Shown here: positions 12,801-27,800 of the stretch, piece by piece | How positions within the stretch are numbered: the first letter of the stretch is position 1 | How the letters are laid out: every line of letters begins with the position of its first letter | Source: Balanoglossus misakiensis | Lineage: Eukaryota > Animalia > Hemichordata | Direction: 5' to 3' | Length of the DNA: 64,000 nucleotides | NCBI GenBank assembly: GCA_040954595.2 | Contig: CM082589.2 | Span: forward strand, 3,610,213 to 3,674,212 | Position numbers and translations under genes: made by a program | The notes under the pieces: model-generated | Seen by the model: only the letters and a program-made list of their open reading frames with translations | Told to the model about the DNA's origin: nothing | Database searches by the model: none

Positions 12801-15800
12801 CTCGTCGTTGAGTTCATCAATGACTGGTTGGAAAGGGGTCAGTGACCTCTTCAGATCCTGCCACAGAAAGCACAAAAATAAGCATTTAGTATCAGTGCTG
12901 TTAATAATGCTATGGTAAACTAGTTTATACAAATACCTAGGAACACCGATGTATCAGTAATGTTCAATGTATGCCTTGACAGCGCTGCTTGGAAAGTGGT
13001 GTTGCATGTCTGAACCAACATGAATGTTACATAGATGCGTCTACTGCTTTATTACTGTCCACTGTTACTGTTACAGCAGTGATACAGTAATGCTGCATGT
13101 CTGCCATACTTAGTACTAGCATTCATGATCTCTGTTCTCCACCTACCTGTAATTTCTCCTGTTGGAGCTGTGCCTGGCTCAAGTCACAGGGAACGTTGTC
13201 TTGAGCCACCAGCGCAATCTCACATTTGGAGACCACATCCTTCACCCTTTCCAAGGACTTGAGGATTGTGATGGAAATAGTTAATCTGAAAAGACAAAAC
13301 GAGGAAAGCATGTTGATCCCAATAAATCAGTCACAACTTATCAGACCAAAAACTTAATGGGAGTCGTCATTTTAACATTGTGATACAGGGAAGTATCCTA
13401 GGTTGAATAAACTAATTTCTACATATCAGTTAAAGTTCGACAACAAAATGTTTCAGAAGTACTCACGTCTGTATCTGTGTAACAGAAATGGTCCAAATGT
13501 AGTCCCACTTTTCAATGAATACTGAGAGAGTGGACCTGTGTTTAGGTTTGTCCTCTGGGGCAGCTTGTTTGATGATGCTTTCACAGTTGATCCTCAGAGT
13601 CTGGTATTGTGGCTGCTGATCAACCAGCTCTTGGTGGAAATTCTTTAGGAAGGAAATAAAATGTAGATGTTTACAAAAAATGAGCCTCTAGATCTTTTTT
13701 TCTTTTTTTTTCAATCAAATAAACAGAATACACAGAACAGAGAAAAAGATCGCAACACAATACTCAAAAGTACCAAATGTGTTATCAACATTTATTATTT
13801 TAAATTTCAACCATCTATCCTTATCTTCATAGTGACTTGGTATATGTCACTGAGAATGGTGGGTAGATCAATGTTAGTGTGTTTGGTAACTGTGTGCTCA
13901 CCTGCTGCTCTTCTACCATCCTCTGTACAGCAGCGGGCTCTCTCGGAATGGGCTGCTTGAGTCGGACAGTCAGAGTTGACATCTTTGTCTCCATTTCTCT
14001 GGAAAACATCGCCATGTCTGCCATAACTTTAGCAGTCTGCTGGGCATCCATTGGTGCTAGGTAATATAAACAGAGAATTAGATTTTATTGACAGATATGA
14101 GAGGCAACTTCACTATATCTTATTTGTATCATAAATTCTCACTATAGAGGATATCAAGATAGCATTAATTCGTGGCTCATGCAAAGAAAAGAAGTAAGCA
14201 CATGATTTCTGAAGCAGTCTTGAAATTTCTTACATGTAGTGCTTTTGGACATTTCCTCGATGAGCTGATTGCAGTTGTCCACTTCTCTCTCAAGCTCTGC
14301 CAGCTCAGGGTCGATGGTCGTGGTGCCAAGCTCACTACTTTCAGAACGCAGCCTCTGCGCATCTTCATTCAGCTGCCTCAGAATGGATTCTCTTTGGACT
14401 GGGTCCATGTCCTCAAACTGGCAGAAGAAAAAACAACAACCAGCAATTAGTCATCAGAAAATTCCAAAATGAAGTCTCAATGAATTCTAAAATTCTCAAC
14501 CCACAAAAAATCCTAAAATCACAAACCCACTGAACTTACAGCAAAATGATATTAAACAATTCAAATTTTCAATTCAACTTGTTATTTCAACCGACATAAC
14601 TTGGATATTACCAAGATTATGTTGCTTTTCACAAGTTGTTGTCTTACCTGCTCAAGGGACATGTGTTTGACCTTGTTGATGTTGATGAAAATTTCATTCC
14701 TAGTCACGACTTGTTTGAGTTTCATGTGTTTGGTCCGCCACAGTGTCAGTAGATGTTGGTACTGAATTTCAAGCCTGAAACAGCAAAGGAAAACACCACA
14801 TTCTGAGATATTGGCAATATTTCCACACTTATGCTGTATCTACAACACTTTAATTCTGTAATTACTTTTGAAAATCCCCAAAACCAATGGCTGGATACAA
14901 ACTAAATTCACAATCAACTAACTACATGCAGTTACAGTCTTTAGCCATATTAACTACCAGATACCACAGGTAACAAGCAAGCTTTCAAAAATTTGCAAAA
15001 TGGATGCCATTATTCCACGTTAGCAACAGGATTCTAAACCATGCATTTCCCATGATGCACCACTCACCTGGCAGCGTACTCCATGGCTTCTCTGTTTGGT
15101 GGAGGAATGAGAAAACAGGCACCGGGAACTGACGCTTCCTGGCCAAGACTGGTTATGACCTTCCATTTTGTTTTCTCGGTGTTGTCAAGTAACACACACT
15201 CTTCTCCTCTCTTGATCGACACCTGAAATCGATACACAGCATTGGATGTTACACCAGTGATCATGCATCAATCAATAAACACTGGTATCTTCCCATCATG
15301 TTCAAAAATCCATGATGCAAACACAGAGATGAAACTGAAAATCTCAAAGTAGACATAGTGGAAAGTTTTTGCTCAGACAAGGAAATGTGGCACTATGTGA
15401 CTAGAAAATTACAGGTTTTACTGAATATCGATCGATGAATCCCAAAAGTGAATCAGACATGAAAATTTCATCAAAAGCAATTACTTTTTTCAATACTGTC
15501 ATAACTATGCAAGATTTTATATCATAGAAGAGAGTACACTTGAATTCTTACATCCATTTGTATGTAATCACAGAGAGCGGTGATTGGAAGCTTGGTCTTC
15601 AGGTATTGTCTTCTCTGTTTCAGGGGAACTACTTGTTTACTTCTCGTCACGATGTCACTCACGACATCTTTGTACTCATTGAGTTTCTCCCTCATTTCCT
15701 ACAGAGACAAAAAAAATTATCAAAGGTGTAATCTTCTTTAAAAAGTAGAGTGGTGTCTATCTGTCTATGTGACAAAAAGTTTCGCTTTCCAAAGGAGACA

Positions 15801-18800
15801 AAATTGATTGCGCCACTTAAAAAAATCATCCTTGAATCTATTCGACATGTACAAATCCTTTTATTGAAAACAAATAAAAAGCTTTATGTACTCACAAATA
15901 ACTCTTGAAGGAGATCTGTACTTTCTTCGAGGGTGAGATCAGTCCGGTCAAACTTTCGATTTAAGACTTCTGCTCGATCGTTCAACCACTGTTCACAATC
16001 CCGGGCATCTCCATAAAACTTATGGCAACAGAAAAATTGGATGATCAGACAAAAATTCATAAAAACAAAATTAGCAATAAGCTATAAAGGCCATCACTGT
16101 TACCATAACACTCACCTGATGATATGTAGCTGCGTGTTTGAGATGTTGCTCAAGGCAAATAGTCAACTGTATGAGCCAGGCCCATTGTGATTGCATTGCT
16201 TGCAGATATGCCTGTATATCAAGCGAAAATAAAAGTCAGTCTTAATGCAGGAAAATTTACAGCATGCTTGCTTTTTGAGTAGATAACAGTACATAGTTTG
16301 TTTGAGATATAAATTTATCGTTATGAATTATGGTGGTTTTATCAACAATAAAACTGTTTATTTCTAGATATGTGTAAATTTTGACTTGCGTCATCAAACA
16401 AAATACGTCATACAAGATTGTTTGTGTTCCTTTATTCTCTGAAAGTATTGGATAAAACATTCTAAACTGGGTTACCACTTGCACTCTGATGTTGCTACAG
16501 TATTATAACCACATTGCTGATTGATTATGTGCAAATTGTCGTTGTTAAAATATATGTATGCTTATTTGGGTAATGTGCAAGTGCACATACATGTGTATCT
16601 GGGTCTATATTGTGTGTAACGGTCTATATGTTTGTTTTCATTTTCAAAAGTATTTGTTTGTTTGTTTGTTTGTTTGTTTGTATCACAATGTGTCTATAGT
16701 GTTGTGTGGTGGTTGAAGTTTAGTTTGGAATTGCTGCACGTCTACTTGTCTGAAGTGGTTAGACCACAGACAGTAGAGGGGGGGACAGTCAGTTACACAT
16801 CTTAGCAACTAACGGCTTTGACAAAATGAACTCTGCCATTTATGACACACAACCAGTGGGAGTAACTGTGCATGGAAATTCACCAGCCCTGGATTACATA
16901 ATCTCTGCACTGACTTGGTTTTAATGAATATTCGGAGATGATAATTAGGGAGAAAGTAAAACAATGGACAGTGGAGGGCAGTGGACAATAGACAGTGGAG
17001 CACATTGGACAATAATTCTGAATAAATTATTCTTGAAAACATGCTCAGCCATGCACCTGGAAGAGGGTATAAAAGGCTGCGTGCCCTGGCTTGAGAGGCA
17101 GAGACTGACATGGCAGCCAGCAGTAGCACTGAGGCTCTGTGTGTGTGACTCTACCAGAATCTGACTGCCAGGCCTGTTTGGTGAAACTACAGTGGAGTTT
17201 TCCACCAAGTGTGATCACAGACATCGTGTGCGGCCATGGAACAACCATCTTCTGGATGAAATTGGAAAGACTGATATATTCTGCGACCAACTTCCCAGAA
17301 CACTCACTACTGAACTCAACAAGCTTTCTTAGCAAAGGTAGGGCAATGTCTTTTGCAATGTTTGTACCATTTCATGTCTTTGTGTTTGTGTTGGCTCGTA
17401 ATATTTCTTTACTGTGCATACAGTCCACTTGTATTTTGTCTGTAGTGGCTGTCCCTTTACAATTTATTGGATCCATCGATACAAAAATACTCTATGCATA
17501 AGGGGTCACATGGTCTGAGGGAAAACCTACCTGGTACTGCCCTCAATATCATACCTTGTGACAGTTTGTTTGTTTGTTTACATCGAGTGTTTACCAGAGC
17601 TTACCTCGACTATTTTGGATGAAGGATGTGACTCCATCATGAGTTGCTGTCCCTTACTCAGCACTGCATTGAACTGTGCTTCTCTTGTCTGCAGTTCACT
17701 CAACAAGCTCTGTAAGATCAGAAAGACAAAATTAGCCCCTCGTCTTGCATTCTGTACCCCCTGTCAAACCTGTTTTCATAGTCTAGCCTTACAATTCCTT
17801 TTCTCTTACAGGTCAACCCATTCCACAGGTGGTAACGATGGTGGGGAACTGAGTTGTCAGAAGATTTGGATACATCTATAAAGCATACACTATCACAAAC
17901 ACGGACATGAACAACATGACAAGCTACATTGGGTGGGGAAGGTATGTGCCTTTTTTTATTATCGGAGAGCAAGGGGTTTCACTAATTCAACAAGCAAGTT
18001 CAGATCACAGACCACAGTTTTCACAAGTGTACATGCAAACTGACATCTAGGATGTGGCATGCCGGTATACATAGCATGCATTTTGTGGTGAAACAACAAA
18101 AGCCGGCTAAATTCACAATTTAGCAAGATTCAAAGACAAATTTTTTACGGGAGTTATAATAGTTCCAAACATACTCCTCTTCATGTCCATCATAACTCTG
18201 AAGTCATTTGAAACAGGAACAATTTCGTATAAGAGTTCTGCTTAAAGTTTATTTTGAAAATGCACCTCTAGTGAATACATTATAATTGTCAAAAAGATTA
18301 TGGTGAACACAAATTCAAGCATCAACCATTTCTGATCAGAGCAATATACAAAACTTTTTTACAGATTTGTATGGCATTGAAATTGGCCATCTAAAACATT
18401 GCTTTGAAAATTAGCCGGCTATTTGATATTTTCACAGTTAAATTGTTCCAAGTACCGAAAACTTTCCAACAAACCTTGTGGGTAGGACGACTACTATTTG
18501 GGTACCTAGGCTGAAGTGTTTTCCCAAGAAAATCATAGCAGAGCAGAAAGCAAGAGAGACAGAACACCAGAAATGAGAGAAATCAGTTTATCACCTTGTA
18601 TGTTTGGGATTTTGATAGCAATGAAAACAAAGCTTAAGAGCATGATGGAGTAGATAGATTCATGTAGACAGCAGTATGAACATCTTTTTGCACAAATTAG
18701 CTGCATCCAACCAACTTGAATTATAATATTGTTGATTTGATAGTCGGTTTCAGGAAGGAGAATAAAATTACAAAAAGTAGACTGGTAAATGTCAAGATGT

Positions 18801-21800
18801 AGAATATACAAGTTAGATGAGATTCCACAGAAAAAAAATATATAAGAGATATTGATGAATTTGATGCACAGAGTACCTTGTACATTATAATGTTAAATCT
18901 GTTCATCAACAGTTTTATTGCACTTTTTCAGATAACACGGATTGTGTTTGCTTTTTGAATTCCTGTTACTTCTACCGCACGAGGGCGTTGTTTCCATGGT
19001 TGACATTTTTTTACCTGATAGTGTGCCTCCAACTCGGGGATACTAAGGTTTTTAGCACTCCAGTCTCTTGAGATTTCATTTTCTTCTTTGTCATTCAGCC
19101 ACATCAGCTCTGTTGTTGATGCTTGCATGAACTCCAGCAGCACCTCAAGATCTCTGTATCTCTTTGCAGAAGAATCCTGCAAATGAACGAGAACCAAGCA
19201 CAAAAATTTGTCAAAATATTGCAGGAAAATGTCATGTTGTTGGTCAATATTGTGTGTTTATTCACATTTCATTGAGTTTGGCTATGGAGAAATGATCCAT
19301 GTATGAATGACATCACTTTACATGGGAAAAGCAGATTGCATAATTAGCTATTTTCTTGTTTCTTTGTCATCCTGTTCAAAACATCCATTCATTTCTCTGT
19401 CATCGACATTGATAACTGTACCTACCAGTAACGATGCATATGTCTGTTCTAATCTTCCAAGATGTTGGGAATACAAGGTGAATTCATCGCCAGACAGATT
19501 ACTCTGCAAAGAATGGAAAACCTGATTTAATAAATGTTCATTTTAAAATCTGCAAGTTCTCGTACTGTAAGTAGGAATTTTTTAATCTATGGAAAAAAAT
19601 AAAAAAAATTCATGAAATTTGATATTTTTTGTCTATTTAATATACCCCTCCCTCTCTCACCTTTGCAGCACGGCATCTGTCAATGTTGATCTTGAACTCT
19701 GTAATAGAGTGATGTTCTTCACCATGTTGTCTCAAATAACTCTGTACACTGGGCAGGTCGTTACCATAGTCCAGGGAGTCTATGGCAGCCTGTTGGGAAT
19801 AGAGCAGTCACATGCCCATCATCAGAGATTGCCTCACAAATGTTGACAAAATTCACAAACAAATCACCGTTTTCTTTGTTTCACTATTTTCTAAAGTCTG
19901 TCTCAACATGTCCAATATTGCAAAGGTATTTACCTGCTTGTTTTGTACCCATATGAGACACTCTTGGATGAATTTGAAGATTTCGTTGGTTTCCACGACT
20001 TGGAATTCTGTTCTGGTTTCATATCTGCGAGTCATGGTCTCCTCTGTGAAGACCACCTTGGAGGCGATGTTGCTCTGGAGACGGTTGCGTAGCGCCAGCC
20101 ACTTTTCGTGCAGATTGAGCACTCTGTGAGACAAATATAGACAGTTACGACATGTTTCTGATCGTCTGGCGGCCATTTTGAAAGAGAGTGTGGTCACGGG
20201 TCATAGGTCAAACAGACATTTTAAAAAAAATTACGGCCAAGATTTGTCAAAAGGAATGATAGATTAGCATGCAAATGATGGAAGAAATTACTGATTTTTA
20301 AAAAAAAAATTACCTTTTGTAAATTTGGTCAGCTTCGTAGTAGTTTCCGTCTTTCAAGACCTGCGTATCGTTGAACATCTCGCGGATACCAGATTCACAC
20401 ATCTGTAACGACAAAATACAGTTCTGGATCAAATTCACAAAGCATGTTGAGGATAATTGCCCAAAATTCAGAGAACGACAGAAAGAAACCTCAAGGAACC
20501 TAAGGCTCCCTAATTAATATTTCACCCATAGAAAACTTCATAATTTGCAAGTGACAGCAATGATTACCTTGAGCCCAGCGTCAATCTGATCAACTCGTTT
20601 CTTTGCACTGTGGGGGTCCATTTTATCAATCCTGGGCTCATCTGCTTCAATTCTTCTCTCAAGCCCATCGAGTGTTTCACCAGTATTCCGGATATGTCGG
20701 TGTACTTTCTCAGCCAGCAAGTATAGCCTTTCAAGCCTGGCAGAGGAAATTGAAATTTGAAAATTAAGTGGAATCATTTAACAAAAATGTATTAACTACG
20801 CAACGGAAAAGTGGCCGCCATGATTAGACGAAAAAAATGAGGTGACTATCAAGACTCGCCACTCGCGACGTCATCAACAAAATGTTGCCGATAAAAAGGT
20901 TGCTCTTTTAGAAAATATAGACGAGAACACAAAATATGACCCACCTTGCAATTTCTGAACGCAGCACTTTGTCTTTATCTTGTTGTGCTAACATCAAACG
21001 ATCCCATGCTGCATCTATGTCCTTGATGTGCAAGCCTTGTGGTGCATTGAACTGTCCTGTAGGTGCGAACAATTTCTGAAAAAGAAAAAAAGATCATGAA
21101 CATTTGAGGTCAAGAATGTTACTTTCAAAGAATTACTGTATGTAGTAGTTCATTAAAAGTTTTTTGTGGTCATCAACAACTCATGATTGTGACAGAATCA
21201 ATTTTCCAATACTTCACAGGAGTAAAATTCACTTTTCCGGGATTCTCCAGAACACAACCACGCAAACAGGCCATCGCTAAACTCACCTCTAGGTCTCTAA
21301 ACAAATTTGTAAGTTTGTGTTTGTCTGAGATTTTGGGAGGCACTGATTCCAGTCGGTATGTGTTGAACTGCTGGAGGAGAACTCGGAGGTCTTGCAGATT
21401 GTTTGGAAAGCTTCTGTCTTCCATGATGGTGGTGGAGTGTGTGATCCACTGCATCAATCTGTGGGCTGCATCCTGATATTCTTCCCACCTCAATGCTCTC
21501 TCCTATTCATTCAGAAAAAAAGAAGGAAACAAATTTCAATGTGTGAACTTTTTGATATTCTTCCAACTTTAATACTCTCTCCTATATTCATTTGGGGGAA
21601 AAGAAAACAAAATTAAGTTTTTGAATTGTTCATATTAATCATTGTCTACTGCTCACTCTCAAATGAAAAGACAATATTTCTTTATTCATTTTTAAACTTT
21701 GATAACACCAAATTCTGCTGAAATATATTGCCTGTAAGTCATTCTACTCGAAGTATTCATTCAAAATGGCGGTTAGACTAACTGTGGTAATGAAGCCAAG

Positions 21801-24800
21801 AACTACAGTCATCGCTCACAAGCAACCCGACTCGCTGACAGCTACCTTTGCCATTACATCTGGATAATCTGTCTTTCTCATCGTTTGTATTCTCTAAGGC
21901 TAATGAGATTTCTTCCCCCTAACCGCCAGGTCTCCTCTTTAATCTCTATTCAGTGCTTGCTTGACTCAGTTTCTCTCTGTCTACATAAATGTCTCTTTAG
22001 AAATACCTAAATCAATATCTACATTCCTCCCTGCCTCCCCCTCTCTCTCTCCTTCTCTCCCCTAACCTCCTTCCCTCCCTCCTCCATACACTCAATTGGC
22101 TCACTTACATTATCTGCTAATGAGTCCTGTATTGTGGGAACTTCTGGGAAGACATCGTAAAGTGAGGAGACATAGGTGATGATAGACTTTTCATCGGGAT
22201 TGTGTCTATCCACATCTGCAATGGAGAAAAAATCAAAACCATCAGTTTTATTCATTTGATGACAAAAAACTAACATTAGAACAGTTGAGAAGAAGCTTGA
22301 TAAGCTTTACTGTGGATAACTATTTGTGGACTGTCATCCCCTGAATAATTTATTCCCTCAGACACTAAGTGATTACCTCTGCAAAGAATTTCAACTCTTG
22401 CTCTCCATCAACTGAGTTGCAATCACCATGGTTACACATTCAGGATGGCCATGCCGAACATCTATCTCGAAGATAATAGGCACAACTCACCTTCTGCATC
22501 AAGCAGTTTTGTCACTCCAAAGTGTTCTTCTGCTACATCAAAGGCATTCTCTAAATTAGCTCTGGGATTATCTCTACTCAATGCCTTGAAATTTATCAAG
22601 TCAGGCCTGTTGGGAGACGGAAAATATCAACTAGTCAAATATACATTAAATTGAAACGTGGCCATTTTTGAAAGAAGACACCAGGTGATAAAAGTCCCAT
22701 CGTTTCTCAACCCATGTTTACCTTGAATGTCGAAAAAAACAGCTTCATAACAATAAGATATAAGACAGCACTTACCTATTTCTATGAATAATTGCATTGA
22801 ATGCTAAACCATCACTCCAACTCTTACTGAAATCCTTAATATTTACACCAGGGTAACCATCAGTGGTTCTACGACTCCACAGCAAGAGGGCTTCTTTCAC
22901 ATTCTTGTCACTCGGCTGACCTGCTACTATGATGTCAGAGATCTACAAAACACAGAAGAAGAAAAACAGACAAAAATGATTAAGTGATTCCAACGAGAAA
23001 TCTCGCCAGATGACCTCCCGTGGTGTTCTGACTTTTGTTGGTGGTCATCTTTTTCTGTTATTATGACATGTATCATATATAGTTTATCGAAATGTATCAG
23101 GACGGTTACCCCCTTGACATATTTAATTTTAACACACACTAGTTTGGGTCAGGGTTAATATCCGGCAGGTGAATTTCCAGGGGGTCACACTCCTAGAATC
23201 TCATCTTCATGACAAGATCCACTATAACCCAGCATGATTTATTTCTGGGATGGCCTCTGGGCGCTAATTTTAGAAAACCAGTGCAATATCCTGACATGAC
23301 ACTGCACATGCATTCATATCAAATTATATTAGCAAAGCATTGTTTGGTTGAGTGAATGACGCACACGTGTGACATAGAAATGGAATCACATCGTATCACT
23401 AACAGTCAATGCCTATAGAAATATCACATGAAAGGTTTTTCTGTCGGTCACCATTCAGATCTTTACAATTTGCGTAAAAAATTGGGGAAATGTCGGGATG
23501 GAAAAATGTATCTAATCTCATAGAAAGAGAATACAGAGACAAAATCCCTTTTTCTTATTTTCAACTAAGAACTGAATTGATACTCCCCTACATAATGCAA
23601 TTATAAATGCATCAACCAACAAGTACAGGTGTTTGACATATAAGCATGAAACTGGGAGTCACGGTAACGCAGGAACTGACACCATAGCAACAGACATGGC
23701 AACAGACATATTGAAGTGCTGTTATATAAATAGCTGTCTATCTCAAATTACATTTATAGAAAATGATTATTATTATCCTCATCAGATCTGATTATGTCAT
23801 AGGGACACTCATCTTTGATAGGATGCTTTTGTTGAGATGTTATGAGGTACTCAGCCAACCACTGCATGTGCTTAGCTATCAAAAGGCAAGTATGTTTAAG
23901 CCTGTGTGTATATATGTATACATGTACATGACTATGTATATATGAATCATTCAGCAGAGAATAACAAGCCTGAATTCAAAAGACTTTTCAATGTTTTCTG
24001 AAAACTCAGTTCTAAGAGTGCATTACATTTTTGCATACAACCATGTAAGAACCCTTTATTTAGTCTAATGGTGTTGTTAATGTCCAACTTTTAGTGATGT
24101 ACTCTCATCATAAATAAAGAGGCATGTCAGAATCTGACATACAAGTCAGGTTTTTTCTTCCCATAATGGGGTCATAGACATGCAGTGCACGAACTCCTCT
24201 CTCCTGTCTTAATTTCCTTGAGATGTGACAGGGAGCCTAACCATCTTGAGACAGGGCAATTATATCATACAGAGTTATTTGGTTTGTGGCGAGGTAAATT
24301 TTCTAGATGATCCAATCTGTCTGCATCTCCTGTCATCGATGGAAACCGAAAGCGACAAATTACTCTCCCTTCCCACAACCCTGATGACAGATCACTTTCC
24401 TGCCGACAGCTGTCTCGCAAGAATCATTTCCAACACCACTAATGACTTGTACACAGGCTCTGCATATGCCCTTGAACTTGAAGACGATATCTGATGTGAA
24501 TAACGATGAACAAAACGTATAAATCTACTTAATACCTGAAGGTCAAAATGAACATTATGTAAATGTTCATCCGTGTCAAGGTTTAGCAAGCTACTCTTTG
24601 TAATTATGCTTTAATTTGTGTTCACAGTACTTAGAAAGTCAAAGCCAGATCGAAAACGATCACGTTTACTCACATCTTCAACAGAAACGATGAAAATTCA
24701 TGGAGTTTGGGTGCATTTGCTCTTTGATTCATAAGAAAAACAAGATTGCCATTCTTTGCATGTAATTTCATTTACTACAAAACAAACACATTCAAATGTA

Positions 24801-27800
24801 ACTGTATGAACTAGAAATAGACTGCATTATCTTTATAACACAATTCTGTCATTTGTTCAGATTTTAATGAAAAAAAAATTGTTTGCTTTCTTTTGTATTT
24901 TCAATAAATGATTAATTCACTTCAAGTAGAATCTAAATTAGATGGAAAAATTCACTAAAATCGATAAAGTCTTCAAATTTGAACAAAATTTGACTGAAAT
25001 ATAGTATGAAATGTACAGACAGCATTTTGTGTGATCAGGTGACCATATAAATAACAATCTGGGGCACCATTGCTAGGATACACAGACATTTCCAAGCTAC
25101 ATCTGCTAAGAACAATATCTGTTATTGTTCCCTCTGAAAGTTTATTTTCACTAAGTAGGTGTGATTCACACAGTTAAGCACGTTTTATTGTTCATAGCAA
25201 GGAAATGATTTCTCCCTAAAAAGTGACAGAGCTACAGTTCACAAACACCTGAATTTTATGGAGAGCAGAAATAGTTTTAATGGCAAGCCCCCACAAAGAA
25301 TATGAAGATTTTGATCTATTTTGAATGAAAACTAATATATTTCTACATTACAAATAACATTACCTTTGTATTTGTGAATAATAGTAGTGACCTCACTATA
25401 ATATTAGAAGGTCATTGTACTGTTATCCTAAACTGTGTTAGTCATATTGAACCAGAAATCAACAAATTCACATTTGGGGAAACTTCTGATAACATTGATT
25501 ATATTTGAAACTACTGAATCAAGGAAACACTGTAATGTCTATGATGGTAATGATTTGTGCATGCATAGTACAGTTTAACAAACGGCTGAGAAATGATAAT
25601 GATAAGTTTTGGAAACCCACATTTTCGTCGTTTTTCTCCTCATCCACTGCAAGCATAGGTTGCTGTGCACCTGAGAGACGGTTCGACCTGCTTGAAGACC
25701 GCGTGACAGGTTTCAGTCCAGATACAGTGGCATTGAAGGTTTCCTCTGACTGCGAACGCATGCATCCGCACAGTTTCGCACCCATGCCGGCGCCGTGGAG
25801 GCGAGCCCCCGGAATATCCGAGGGACGAGACGGAACGGCAGCAGAAGATGGGGAACGCAGATACTATCCGTGCACGGAAAGGTGTTCATGTTACGGAGAG
25901 ACCTGACAGGTAGACGTCGCCGTGCCAGCAACCGTGTCGGCCATTTTGCCAACAGGAGCAACACACAGCAGATACAACGTGGTATTAATATCACAGTGTT
26001 TGATACACGCCAGAGCTCTATACTCAGGAACACGAGGGGACCCACTTTCTGCTACAGACGACGCCTTCCAGGAACAGACACACCTCGACAGGGCCCCACT
26101 TTTATGCATTGAGCCGCAGGATTCACGCAAAAGCCAGCCAATGCCTTTCAACTTATTAAAATATTCACCGTTTGTATCAACACAATTATGAAGATTAGAC
26201 ACCCCAGGAAATTAGTCTGACAGAAAGAGCGATGTCACACAAGGGCAGGCCCATAAATCCAGTAGATTGAAACATCAATGGGTTATTCATAATAATAAAT
26301 TATTTTCAGGCAAACAATGTATTAAAAGGAATCACGTGTAAAATAAAGGAGGCAGAATAATTGAACAGTAAGCGACCAACTGCACATGAAATATTAAGAT
26401 GGTCCGTTTCTTTGTTAAACATTGTCTGATAAAAAATGGACAGCACCGTGCATAATGCATTTTCACCACCGTCACAACAAAGAAGTGATTGATCCTGACT
26501 GTCAAATTGAAGGTGAATGTCCTTGTTTGCCATCCAATTTCATCATTTTCTTTCTCTGTAATATTTAATAGAGCACAGAATATTGACATAAAGGAACCTC
26601 AATCCATTCATTTCATTCTCCATCATGATAATGACAATTTGCCTACTGGTGACAGCGCGTGATAATACACCCTCCCATTTATTTACACACAATCACATTG
26701 TTCTATTGGATACTATTACGACTAGTCACTGCAAACTTTGCAGCTTCCATTAAAACAAGCAAACCAATTAGAGCACACAGACACATGGGAGATATTTTCC
26801 ATCTGCCTGGGGGGCTTTATATAATATTTCACAATCAACCCAGGGGTTTCTCAATGCAGAACATGACCGTATATCACCACCATATCACAAGCCTGCACTC
26901 CCAGCGATGATAGCTGATAACTTAAAAACAGAAAGCTGCCATGACACGTTATCCTGGATTTTTAAAAGGCTGCCGGTCACAGATTTCCAATTTCCTGGAG
27001 AAATGCTTCCCATTGTCAAAGGACTGTATATACACTTGTCCTCTTAAAGAATGAATTTATGATAGCATCAATGTCATTCACCAAGTTAGATTATTAAATG
27101 GACATGCATCCCTTATATAGGCTGGGTTAAACCAAAATTTTAAATTGAAGTTAAAATATCACCTCTCACAAAAATATTTTATATTAGACAAAACCTGAAT
27201 TTTAAACAGATAGAAATTCATCATAATGACTTCTGAATGTGTGTATGCGTCATGTTGAGTCATTCCTGAGAAGACATTTGGTGACTGGACTAAACGACCT
27301 TCAGAAAAAGACAGTTTAATGGTAGATTTGTACATCACAACTTTTGGGAGCTTCACAAATTAAAATGGCAAAAAGTATGGTTCATCCATAGCAAACAAAT
27401 CAATCTGTATACACTTGGGAAATTAAGAGTTCCCAGATGTAATCACACCCCTGCTCCAAATGTAAACAATGAGATATGGGCCAGTTGTTTTGTAGGGCTA
27501 CCACATGCATGGAAGTCTGCACTTGTAATTGAACTTAGTTGCCCGCTAATTGGTATTTAATTGGCTGTGATAGGAAATGGGAAGTCTGTCACCATGGCAA
27601 CTAATGAAGCAGTAAACACAAGCTAAGCTCACTGGTCCAACTGAAATTGATACCTATAATCATGTGTATATAGAGGAAGATTCAGACTTGCAAGATGTTG
27701 ATAGCTTATCCGGGGACCCCTGGCCCTCAATGTTACGACCAAAAATTGTTGATAGCCAGTTTTTAACACCATGTTGGTACATGTAGGCTGAGAGCGTACA

